The notes beneath the pieces are model-generated. The model was not told the DNA's origin and made no database searches. It worked only from the letters and a program-made list of their open reading frames with translations. Position numbers and translations under genes: made by a program. Below, one piece after another: positions 20,924 to 30,071 of a stretch of DNA of 44,489 nucleotides (the stretch's first letter is position 1; every line of letters starts with the position of its first letter). The DNA is taken from positions 1 to 44,489 of the forward strand of contig JBBRUX010000034.1 of NCBI GenBank assembly GCA_038247415.1. Reading direction: 5' to 3'. The stretch comes from Chitinivibrionales bacterium. Its GTDB lineage: Bacteria; Fibrobacterota; Chitinivibrionia; Chitinivibrionales; WJKA01.

Positions 20924-22513
20924 ATGTCACATTCTTCTGCGCATTCTATTAAGCGAGCCCAATCCTCGATCGAGAGGTTTATCGTAGAGAAAATGCTTCG
21001 CTCTGGAGACGAGCTTCCCCCTCTCAAGCAGCTTGCTGCACTAGCAGAAGTGTCTTACGTCACCATGTGGAAGGCGGCAACCAAGCTCAAAGAGGACGGA
21101 TTGCTCGATGGATCATCCGGCCATCCATTCCGCGTGAAGGTTACCTCGAGCGAAAACGCGGAGGATGAAAAAAGCTTAACGAAAAGAGTCCCACGAGCCC
21201 CGTTTCAAATAACGGCTTGGCGCAGAACAGCTCATCGAATGCGTTTAGATATCCTCAACGGAGTTTACGCTACAGGAAGTCAACTGCCTTCATTGAAGGA
21301 ACTACAAAAACGCTTCGCCGTTTCATGTTCACCTGTCAAAAAAGCGCTTGAATCTCTTTGCGACGCTGGTCTTCTACTTCCGCGAAAACGGGGGTTTGCT
21401 GTGCCAGCCTTCCCCTCGTCAAAAGTTCGTTCGCGCATTGTCCTTTTAACACATACATTTGATGATTTCACCATGTATCTCTCGCAGCATGACGAGGAGA
21501 TTTTTAAGACTTTCGAACGTCATTGTCACCACGCGAACATCACCCTTGATGTGTTTTTGCTCTATTGGGGAGGTCTTGATTCCCCCAAAAAAAGTCGACA
21601 TCTCATGCGTGAGCGCCGCACAGGCCATGTGTATGAACTCAGTCACCTAGACAAAATTGACGATCCGATAGTTTTAGGATTTGTGCTTGTAGTACCAGGT
21701 CTCTTTGGCGAGCTCGAGGAGAATCTGCTGCGCATTTTCTTCAAAGTAAATAAGCCGGTTGCTATCATCGACGAGTTGGGGACCAATACTCTGCCTGGCA
21801 TATATGCGCGCTCTCGTCGTATCCAAACGTTTCCGGTTGCCGGTTCCGTGCGGTCCGCTCAAGCCGTCGGCCGGTATATACTAACATTAGGACACCGCAG
21901 CATTGCTTTCGTTTCTCCTTACCACCAATTTTCATGGTCGCGCAGCAGGCTCGAGGGGTTGTTTTCCTTATGTCAACCAACATCAGACCTGTTTACTGTG
22001 CGCTCCTTCGTAGCTGAAAATGACCCTATGAGCGGTCAAGCGCCTTCTAAATTCGTTGATTTTTATCGCTCATTTCGGACAACTATCGACCCAGCGCAGC
22101 AAGTGGAATACGATTCGCTCATGACCAATGTCCATGAAAAAACAGCACGACAAGCACAAACGCGTGGATCTGTACATACAATGATGGATCGAATGCTCAT
22201 GGAAATTCAATCTGGCCTCATCACAGCTATTGTTGCGGTGAACGACCAGGTGGCAGGTATGATTTTAGGGTATCTTAAAACGCAAGGAATTGCTGTGCCT
22301 GCGCAGGTATCTGTGATATCCTTCGATGACTCAGCCAGCGCATTAAGTCTTAATTTAACAAGCTACAATTTTAACGCCAGCGCAGCGGCTACGGCCATGA
22401 TGGGCTACATCCTTGGCGTTCGCCCATTTACAAGAGAAAACCCTGGTCACAGAGATGAAATTGAAGGATATATTGTTGAACGACAGACTTCTGCACGGCT
22501 TTCGCGTGATTAA
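20924..22513 (+). CDS. GntR family regulator with two wHTH domains and a LacI-type effector domain
   Basis: GDELPPLKQLA...VSYVT and GSQLPSLKEL...VS; LGHRSIAF, VNDQVA, VP.QVSVISFDD. Confidence 0.9.
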   Translation: MSHSSAHSIKRAQSSIERFIVEKMLRSGDELPPLKQLAALAEVSYVTMWKAATKLKEDGLLDGSSGHPFRVKVTSSENAEDEKSLTKRVPRAPFQITAWRRTAHRMRLDILNGVYATGSQLPSLKELQKRFAVSCSPVKKALESLCDAGLLLPRKRGFAVPAFPSSKVRSRIVLLTHTFDDFTMYLSQHDEEIFKTFERHCHHANITLDVFLLYWGGLDSPKKSRHLMRERRTGHVYELSHLDKIDDPIVLGFVLVVPGLFGELEENLLRIFFKVNKPVAIIDELGTNTLPGIYARSRRIQTFPVAGSVRSAQAVGRYILTLGHRSIAFVSPYHQFSWSRSRLEGLFSLCQPTSDLFTVRSFVAENDPMSGQAPSKFVDFYRSFRTTIDPAQQVEYDSLMTNVHEKTARQAQTRGSVHTMMDRMLMEIQSGLITAIVAVNDQVAGMILGYLKTQGIAVPAQVSVISFDDSASALSLNLTSYNFNASAAATAMMGYILGVRPFTRENPGHRDEIEGYIVERQTSARLSRD

Positions 22514-22699
22514 TCCTGGTGATCGGCAGCTGCGATCTGCAATGAGTGGTCGTGCTCCGCTAGCAACTACGGTTGTCAAGGCGAACTAACCGCTCGCTGG
22601 GATTGCCCAAGCCCCAGTATGCTTGGTAGCTGTTCAAAATGATGATCCGGTAAGCAAGTATGTGTGGCACACAGGGGGAAATCTCAAACGCGCCTTTTA

Positions 22700-23303
22700 A
22701 ATTACTTCAGTATGCAATGCAACCACCACTGCCTCTCGCATGGTTCACACAATCACCATCTCTTCACCAATAGCAATACCAATTTCAAGTATGCTATCTC
22801 CCTGTAACTTAAATTTTTTTCCGCTGCACTCACCAATCCATGTTTCAAGGGGGAGTTTAATCGGAACATTTTCATCCACGCATGCGCGGATGGTTGCCTT
22901 CATCAGTACTCCATTGCTCCTTTGAATAGCAACCACAAATCCACCCCAGGTGCGCAATCCGTAATCTCTTCCCGAAGGACACTCGTGGCCAAGACGACGG
23001 TTAAGGGTAATTTTTGCTGCATCAAATTTTTTTTATCTCGCAAAGGAATCTTTCTGTTGCCCGGGCACACTCCATACAGATGGGAAATATGTCGATGCTC
23101 CGGTTCCATTTCATCTAAATCATCCTGCCACTCTTGTAGCTGTCCATGCTTTCCAACCTCATAACCGGGGAGCTTAGCAAGAATCGATTCCCAAATTTTC
23201 TCTGTGAAGCATCTATGCCAAGAACGACTCTTGCCTCGATGGCGCTATAAAGAAGTTCGCGAATCAGCAGATAATCCATTGTTGCACCAACGCAGAGACT
23301 CAC
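22700..23303 (-). pseudogene. GH95 alpha-L-fucosidase remnant
   Basis: GATMD..LIREL, then (frameshifted) VGKHGQLQEW..D..EPEHRHISHLYG..PG, then AAKITLNRRLGH joined to the C-terminal GLRTWGGFVV. Confidence 0.82.
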
Positions 23304-24298
23304 CGGTTAGGCGCCACTGCACTCTTTGAGATCAAAAAGCGCCGTGCAGGAATGACCTTTCGTCCGCGCATATCATAACAGATCTCGCCGAATTCGTTAG
23401 CTCGAATTGACAATTGGTTTGTTGAATTAACAACAACCCGGAAACCATTGGGTGGGTGCAACCCCCGTGCCGGTAGAAATTATGGCTTGACACCCACACT
23501 TGAGCCTTTAATTCGGAACATAGTGCAACCGTGTGCAGGAATGTCTGGCGCTACAAGGCTATCATGTATTGTGCCTTTATCGGTATGCGTCCAGAGATCG
23601 CGAACCGTGGCGGTGCCTGATATAACAATATCACTCTATTTGGCTGTTATTGCTTTTGGGGTTGTTGAGAAATTTACCAGCAATACAGCTTTGTCGCCGT
23701 TCTTGAGGTTCTTTGACCAGACCTCGCATGAAGTTCCAACAATGGACTTTATCCTGCGCCCCTGATACCCAAGAAAGTCTTGGTCAACAGCAATGACCTC
23801 TGCATTAGTCAAGACTTCGAGCGACGAAGCCTTCAGATCACTAACATCGGTTCCAATGATCAAGGGCGCTGCGGAAAGGCACCAGAGGCTGAAGTGCGTC
23901 TTGTTCTCGTCATAAGTGAAGCCCCCCACATTGGGATCGGTCCAGCCGTCGGAGGTTGTGCGCCACATGTTCGCCACACCGGTCAAGGTTGTGGTTGCAA
24001 TGTGATCGGACCAATGAGCAGAGTAGACAATCGGGCGTCCTGCGGCTGCCAAGGCATTGCTCATATTGACAAAAGTGGCATTTGAGGCTGGTGAATTATA
24101 TGCATCCCACTTTATATAGTCGGCACCGGCTGCAACCCACTTTGTAACCCAGTCAGCTTCTGACGTTGTGCAATTGATATTGTTGCCCTACATGCCGAAC
24201 TTGAATCCCTTTGCATGAAGCCAATCGCCTAGAGATTTATTGTTGGCATACGTACCGCCACCATCTTGATTCATATAAATGTAACCGGCTTTTTGCAT
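23300..24298 (-). pseudogene. GH27 alpha-galactosidase remnant
   Basis: Single frame: AGYIY.N.D, H.KG.KFGM*, DYIKWD, NMWRTTSD, THFSLWC...APLI.G.D, VRDLW, YDMRGRKV; in-frame stops at 24188-24190, 23636-23638 and 23480-23482; N-terminus missing. Confidence 0.88.
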
Positions 24299-24449
24299 TT
24301 TTTTTCCTTGAGTTTTGTATTTCTGGAGATCGAAGTATGCTAGTCAATATACCCGCACAGAATAGATTTTGAGGCTAATTAAAGTGCAAATTATGTATAT
24401 TTGCTATAATTATATATCAGAAACAGATTCATATTAATCAAGAGCATGT

Positions 24450-26021
24450 ATGGAACAATCTAAAAACCGAAGAAGACCAGCGCAATCCGTTGCAATGAAG
24501 TACCTCAGAGCCTACATCTGTACCAATACTCTAAAGCTTGGTGATCCGCTTCCGTCGACCCGGACTTTGGCTGCAATGGCAGATGTTTCCTATGTAACTC
24601 TTTGTCAGGCACTCCAAGAACTTGCTATCAGTGGGGAAGTGAGTTTTCAAGGAAAACGCCGATACTTAGTTGCGCGTGAGGGAATGAGTCTTCGCCTTGA
24701 TTATCATAAACCCAGTGCAAGCACGAGCCCGTCAACACTTCGTCCATGGCAGCGGGTTGCGGATAGTATAATACTCGATATTGTCAATGGAGTTTTTAAG
24801 TCAGGTCGCGAGCTACCGCCTAAAAAAGAACTCGGGCACCGGTATTCTGTTTCGTACAGAACCCTCATGCTAGGCCTCAACAAACTCCTGCGTGAAAGTA
24901 TCCTTTCGCAGCTTCCTAACGGTGGTTATGCCGTTGCGTCTTTGTCGCTCAATTCAAAGAAGTCTCGACTTGTCTGCTTTGTCCAGTCTATCGATTCGTA
25001 TAGTATAGATTTCAGCCAGCACGACGAAGCGCTCTTTCGGGAGCTGGAGACTCAGTGTGAGCAGTCGAGAATAAAATTTGATGTGTATCTTGTATTTGCT
25101 GTTATGGAGATTTTAGACCATCGGCTACGGCACAAAGATACGGGTAAAATTATGGATACCGCTGATGTTGTTGCCGCCGATGACTTTTCAATTCTGGGCT
25201 ATGCGTACTTTATCCCATGGGAGCCAGAGAAAGTCGACCGCAGAACTATCATTGCGCTCGAGGGACTAAAGAAGCCCATTGTTGTTATTGATGAGACAGG
25301 ATTACTCTCGCTTCCCGCACCTCTAGAAAAATCGCGCTGGTTGCGGAAATTGACTGTGGCGACATCCCTAAAGCCCGCCCAGGACGTCGCTCGCTATTTG
25401 CTGCGGCTTGGTCACCGCACAATCGCCTTCTTCTCAGCCGATCACCAGTTTGTCTGGTCGCAACGAAGGCTCCAGGGTTTGCAGGAAGAGTATGCTAGTG
25501 TAAATGGATCTGTTGAAGTTTTTACCGAAGAGTCAGAGCCGTATCCTTTTACGAATACCCTTAAGCACTGTGGATTTGATTCCTTCGACAAATTTTATGC
25601 CCAGTGGCGAGAGACTCTGCAGGCTCCCTTTCAAACAGAAATAGATCGTGCAATTGAGCGATTGCGTATTGACACTCCGCAAAGCGCGCAACAGCGCTTG
25701 ACGCTTGTGCCTATGCTTGAGGAGGCGATCAAACAGCCGGAGATTACCGCCTGGGTAATGGTCAATGATTTTCTTGCGTCAATAGCCAGAGATTTCCTGA
25801 AGGAAAAGAAGGTCAGGGTTCCCGCCGACCTATCACTGATCTCCTTTGACGATTCGCGCGAGGCTCTTCGCAACAACCTATCCAGCTACAACTTCAATCC
25901 TTCGGCTGTTGTTGCATCGCTTTTGGGGTTTGTGCTCAACCGTAAACCTTATTCGCAATCGGATGTCAATGTCGCAGGATTTATTGTTGATCGGGGAAGC
26001 ATCGCAGTCGCGAGGAAATAA
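24450..26021 (+). CDS. GntR family regulator with two wHTH domains and a LacI-type effector domain (paralog of 20924..22513)
   Basis: GDPLPSTRTLA...VSYVT and GRELPPKKEL...VSYRT; LGHRTIAF, VND, VP.DLSLISFDD, SYNFN. Confidence 0.9.
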   Translation: MEQSKNRRRPAQSVAMKYLRAYICTNTLKLGDPLPSTRTLAAMADVSYVTLCQALQELAISGEVSFQGKRRYLVAREGMSLRLDYHKPSASTSPSTLRPWQRVADSIILDIVNGVFKSGRELPPKKELGHRYSVSYRTLMLGLNKLLRESILSQLPNGGYAVASLSLNSKKSRLVCFVQSIDSYSIDFSQHDEALFRELETQCEQSRIKFDVYLVFAVMEILDHRLRHKDTGKIMDTADVVAADDFSILGYAYFIPWEPEKVDRRTIIALEGLKKPIVVIDETGLLSLPAPLEKSRWLRKLTVATSLKPAQDVARYLLRLGHRTIAFFSADHQFVWSQRRLQGLQEEYASVNGSVEVFTEESEPYPFTNTLKHCGFDSFDKFYAQWRETLQAPFQTEIDRAIERLRIDTPQSAQQRLTLVPMLEEAIKQPEITAWVMVNDFLASIARDFLKEKKVRVPADLSLISFDDSREALRNNLSSYNFNPSAVVASLLGFVLNRKPYSQSDVNVAGFIVDRGSIAVARK

Positions 26022-26372
26022 TGGGTTGAGAACTATGCATATGGTCAAAAATAGCCTGCACACAAAGAAACTCTGCTGCAAAAAATTGCCATGGATGGAG
26101 ATTCCATTGGGACCACAAACACTGCTATAGTTACTATTTCTGCGGGAATCCATACTATTTGTTTATCCAAAGATACTTGTGATACGTGTTTGTCAATGAA
26201 ATTTGTGAGTGGTGATAATCCATCGCGGATGGTAACAATTTCTTGCCCTTAGAATAGTACAGATACGTTCAGTAAAGTTTCTTACGAGACCGAACAAAAA
26301 TGTTGATTGTGGTGGGAAAATCTTCACCTTCGTTGTATTTTATAAATAACAATCAAATTAAAGGAGCTCACC

Positions 26373-26569
26373 ATGTCCAGCACAGCCGAACTTATACGTG
26401 AAGCTGAATCTCTTCCCGTGGAAGAGCGGACTACTGTTGTTACTCAGCGCAGATTGGATGAGCTTCGCTCCGGCAGGATTAAGCCGATTCCCGGGGAATA
26501 TGTTTTTAACAAAATAAGAGAACAATTCATCCCATGACCTTTCCTTTTTATCCTAAATGTAAATCTTGA
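26373..26569 (+). pseudogene. degenerate toxin-antitoxin module: addiction-module antitoxin with internal deletion plus a stub of a RelE/ParE toxin
   Basis: RBS AAAGGAG; MSSTAELIREAESLPVEER..VV|TQRRLDELRSG.IKPIPGE.VF (26373-26537); ATGA overlap into MTFPFYPKCKS*. Confidence 0.75.
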
Positions 26570-26792
26570 TCTGAATAATAGTTTTGTAAGGGATACATGG
26601 TTCAATATCCAACAGAAAACCTTTGATGCAGGAATCTTCTCATTTTTTGAATTTTTAGATTTATTTGGATTTGATTAGAATTCTATTTTTTTTAAAATGT
26701 ATTTCTGTTAGTATCAGTGGGCTTTATTATTTTGATAATGCTAAACTTAGATATCGTTTATTGATCGAATAATTCATGGGGAGAAAGACTGC

Positions 26793-28178
26793 ATGGCACA
26801 GAGCGCATTCAAGAAGAATATTCTTTGCATTGGAGCGGGTTATGTTGGCGGGCCAACCATGGCTATGATTGCAAGCAAATGCCCTACGTATAAAATTACC
26901 GTTGTTGATATCAATCAAAAGCGTATCGATGCCTGGAAAAGCGACGACTTGCCCATTTATGAGCCGGGCCTTTTGGAACTTGTAAAGAATGCTCGCACAA
27001 AGAATCTCTTCTTTTCTACTGCTATCGCTGAAGCAATCCACGAAGCAGACATCATTTTTGTTTCGGTAAATACTCCAACTAAATCTTTTGGCGAGGGAGC
27101 CGGACGTGCAGCCGATTTGCAATATTGGGAAAAAACTGCGCGCGATATTATTAAAGCTTCAGATTCAGATAAAATTGTGGTAGAAAAGAGCACCCTGCCT
27201 GTTCGTACTGCTCATGCCATGGAAAAAATCCTTAACGCCAATACCAAGGGAATTCATTTTGAGGTGATTTCTAATCCAGAGTTTCTTGCCGAAGGTACTG
27301 CCGTGGCCGATATGCAAAATCCAGATCGTGTGCTCATTGGATCTCACGAAACACCTTCAGGACTTCTTGCTCGTCAAGATATTGTTGCTATTTACGCGCA
27401 TTGGGTGGCGGCCGAAAAAATTATTACAAGCAATGTGTGGAGTGCCGAGCTCTCTAAACTTACCGCAAATGCATTTTTAGCGCAGCGCATATCGTCAATA
27501 AATAGTATCTCTGCCCTATGCGAAAAAACAGAAGCTGATGTCAATGAAGTATCGCGAGCTATCGGACTCGATTCACGCATTGGTTCCCGATTTTTGCGAG
27601 CCAGTGTTGGTTTTGGTGGATCGTGCTTTAAAAAAGACATACTCAATCTGGTTTATATTTGTGAGCATTATGGTTTGCACGAAGTTGCCCGCTATTGGGA
27701 GAGTGTTGTAACAATCAATGAATATCAAGAATCTCGTTTTGTAAAAAATATGCTTGATGCAATGTTTAATACCGTTGCCGGCAAACGTATTGCACTCTTT
27801 GGCTTTGCGTTTAAAGCAGATACCGGAGATACCCGAGAGTCTCCTGCCATCACAATTGCTCAAAAACTTGTTGCAGAGCATGCAAATGTTATCGTCACCG
27901 ATCCACAGGCGATACATAATGCCCGCAAAGATTTAGCCGATTGTGGTGATGGTGTTTCTTTTGTTGAAGACCCGTATGAAGCAGCTATGGGAGCTCATGC
28001 TATTGCAGTATGCACCGAATGGGACGAATATGCAACCCTCGATTACGCAAAGATTTTTGCCACCATGGAGCGGCCTGCGTTTGTATTTGATGGACGCAAT
28101 ATTTTAGATCATCAAAAACTTTTTGATATTGGGTTCTCGGTATATCCTATTGGTAAACCACCTCTGGTTCGCCGATAA
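26793..28178 (+). CDS. ugd: UDP-glucose 6-dehydrogenase
   Basis: IGAGYVGGPT, EKSTLP, SNPEFLAEG, GFGGSCFKKD, FAFK..T.DTRES. Confidence 0.96.
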   Translation: MAQSAFKKNILCIGAGYVGGPTMAMIASKCPTYKITVVDINQKRIDAWKSDDLPIYEPGLLELVKNARTKNLFFSTAIAEAIHEADIIFVSVNTPTKSFGEGAGRAADLQYWEKTARDIIKASDSDKIVVEKSTLPVRTAHAMEKILNANTKGIHFEVISNPEFLAEGTAVADMQNPDRVLIGSHETPSGLLARQDIVAIYAHWVAAEKIITSNVWSAELSKLTANAFLAQRISSINSISALCEKTEADVNEVSRAIGLDSRIGSRFLRASVGFGGSCFKKDILNLVYICEHYGLHEVARYWESVVTINEYQESRFVKNMLDAMFNTVAGKRIALFGFAFKADTGDTRESPAITIAQKLVAEHANVIVTDPQAIHNARKDLADCGDGVSFVEDPYEAAMGAHAIAVCTEWDEYATLDYAKIFATMERPAFVFDGRNILDHQKLFDIGFSVYPIGKPPLVRR

Positions 28179-28187
28179 CCGACTAAT

Positions 28188-28217
28188 TTGACACTTTAGG
28201 GTGACGGAAAGTATACT
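28188..28217 (+). promoter_or_regulatory. putative strong sigma70 promoter of the lipoprotein/LysM pair
   Basis: TTGACA-N18-TATACT. Confidence 0.6.
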
Positions 28218-28274
28218 GGAATAAGGGTCTGATTATATTGATTGTTGTATTTTCTTTGCAAAGGGGTTTGTAGT

Positions 28275-28538
28275 ATGAAAACGTTTCGCCTATCCCGCTG
28301 GCTCGGAATTGGCCTTGTTGGTTTGGCGCTTATGGCGCAAGGGTGCACACGTCATCCTAGTCAAGATGACGTAAGTAGGCTCGAAGAAAATCGTGCTGCT
28401 GCCGAAAGCGCCGAAAAAAAACTTGGCGAACTTAAGACCGAACGTGCACAATTGGAAACTACCTTGCAGGATAAGCAGGCAGAGCTTGCTAAAAATGAGC
28501 AAGAGCGCGATGAATTAAAGTCTAAAATGGGTAAATAA
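28275..28538 (+). CDS. small coiled-coil lipoprotein
   Basis: Lipoprotein signal ending MAQG-C; heptad-rich mature part; C-terminal Lys. Confidence 0.8.
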   Translation: MKTFRLSRWLGIGLVGLALMAQGCTRHPSQDDVSRLEENRAAAESAEKKLGELKTERAQLETTLQDKQAELAKNEQERDELKSKMGK

Positions 28539-28592
28539 TCAAAAGGATTTGACCACACTGTGTAATCGCGTTCCATTACCAAGGAGCAATTC

Positions 28593-29324
28593 ATGATGTT
28601 TGCTAAACATTCAATTTTTTTAGTACTCGCTTTTTCGATGGCAGTATCGGCTGCAAAAATAGAGATGACCTACGAGCAGTATCAAACTGAGCTTTCGGCT
28701 GTCCAACAACGGGAAAAAACAGCGCGCGAAGAAATTGCTGTAGAACAATCTAAGATAGAAGCACTGCGTCAACAAATCAACGATCTTGAACAGCGCATTA
28801 GTGCAACCCAGCAAGAGAAATACGCAATTCTTGGCATCACTGAAGCAGATGTGATTGCAATAGAATCTGAACTTGCTTCTATTCGTGATCTCTTGCAAAT
28901 ACTTTCTTCCCTCTCCAACGAGGATCTTCTCAAACGCAAAAAAGATGTTGCAAGCGCCGAACAACGCCTGGGCGATGTCAAGAAAAAACCCGTTTCATTT
29001 TTATGGCGTGTTCGAGATCAGATCGCTCCCCTGGATCAGATGCTTGCCGATCTTAAATCGCGTTTGTCTAGTGCCGTCGCTTCTCCTGCATCATCGTCAA
29101 CCTATCGCGTGGAAGATAATCCTACGCGTCGCGATTGTTTGTATCGTATTGCAGAAAAATCGGAAGTTTTTGGAGATCCTGCACAATGGCCCGCGTTGTA
29201 TCGCGCGAACAAGGGATTGCTCGATAGATCCTATGATAGATTCGTTAAAAAGACGGGTTCGTCTAAATATTCCGCTGCATCGGATCTTTTGTTCCCAGGG
29301 CAGGAATTAGTAATTCCTCGATAA
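28593..29324 (+). CDS. secreted coiled-coil protein with C-terminal LysM-like domain
   Basis: RBS AAGGAG; signal peptide; long coiled coil; TYRV...DCLYRIA...FGDP.QWP.LY.AN...LLFPGQELVIPR. Confidence 0.85.
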   Translation: MMFAKHSIFLVLAFSMAVSAAKIEMTYEQYQTELSAVQQREKTAREEIAVEQSKIEALRQQINDLEQRISATQQEKYAILGITEADVIAIESELASIRDLLQILSSLSNEDLLKRKKDVASAEQRLGDVKKKPVSFLWRVRDQIAPLDQMLADLKSRLSSAVASPASSSTYRVEDNPTRRDCLYRIAEKSEVFGDPAQWPALYRANKGLLDRSYDRFVKKTGSSKYSAASDLLFPGQELVIPR

Positions 29325-29344
29325 CCGCTGCAGTTTTGCAAAGC

Positions 29345-29381
29345 AAAAAGGCCTTCCTCTGTAAAGAAGAAGGCCTTTTTT
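29345..29381. terminator. bidirectional intrinsic terminator between the LysM gene and lexA
   Basis: AAAAAGGCCTTC...GAAGGCCTTTTTT. Confidence 0.88.
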
Positions 29382-29422
29382 AATGGGATGCATTTGAATG
29401 AATCACATACCGATTTTAGTAG

Positions 29423-30049
29423 TTAGCATTTTCTCAGTACCCCCGACAGTTTTCCAACAACCCACACGTCCTGATCCGAAAAGACAATAATATCGCCATA
29501 AGCAGGATTCTCTGCGCGTAGGATTATGTGATCGTTGTGTCGTATGAATCTTTTAAGCGTCGCCTCTCCGTCGATAATGACAACGGCAATTTCGTTGTTG
29601 TCTACGGTAGGTTGTTGACGTACTATAACGATATCACCATCAAGAATACCAGCACCAATCATGCTATCGCCGCGTACCCGCAAGGTAAAGAGACTATCGT
29701 TGCCAAACATTGTCTTGTCTATAGAAATATAGCCTTCGATGTTTTCTTCGGCGGTTATGGGCATTCCGGCGGCAACTCTACCAATAAGAGGGATGCTGCG
29801 GCTTTCGACTGTTTCAACTGGTTCTTCCAAACCAATAACAACTTCAATTCCCCTAGATCGCCCTGGTATTCTGCGTAAATAGCCTTTTTGTTCGATAAGC
29901 TTTAAATGCTGGTTTGCACTATTGGGGCTTGAGCAACCAAGATAGGCTGATATTTCACGCACAGTGGGCGGCGAGCCTGCAGTTTTTTGTTGGTGAATGA
30001 TATACGAAAGAACTTTTTTCTGATCGGGTGTTAGTGTTTTTATATTCAT
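29423..30049 (-). CDS. lexA: SOS repressor LexA
   Basis: PPTVREI...G.SSPNSA..HL wHTH; VAAG.P cleavage site; GDSM catalytic Ser; TLKR catalytic Lys. Confidence 0.96.
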   Translation of the reverse strand: MNIKTLTPDQKKVLSYIIHQQKTAGSPPTVREISAYLGCSSPNSANQHLKLIEQKGYLRRIPGRSRGIEVVIGLEEPVETVESRSIPLIGRVAAGMPITAEENIEGYISIDKTMFGNDSLFTLRVRGDSMIGAGILDGDIVIVRQQPTVDNNEIAVVIIDGEATLKRFIRHNDHIILRAENPAYGDIIVFSDQDVWVVGKLSGVLRKC

Positions 30050-30071
30050 GAAACTCTCCAGGGTCTAGGGG

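Noticed and set aside
23480..24190. In-frame TAG codons in GH27 as possible amber recoding or pyrrolysine
   Set aside because: The two TAGs replace different expected residues (Tyr in KFGMY, Trp in ITAKW), a TAA interrupts the same frame, and TAG ends intact genes here (e.g. 17437, 33083); this is ordinary nonsense decay
26022..26372. Possible gene or structured RNA downstream of the second GntR
   Set aside because: No convincing ORF and only short hairpins; nothing supportable
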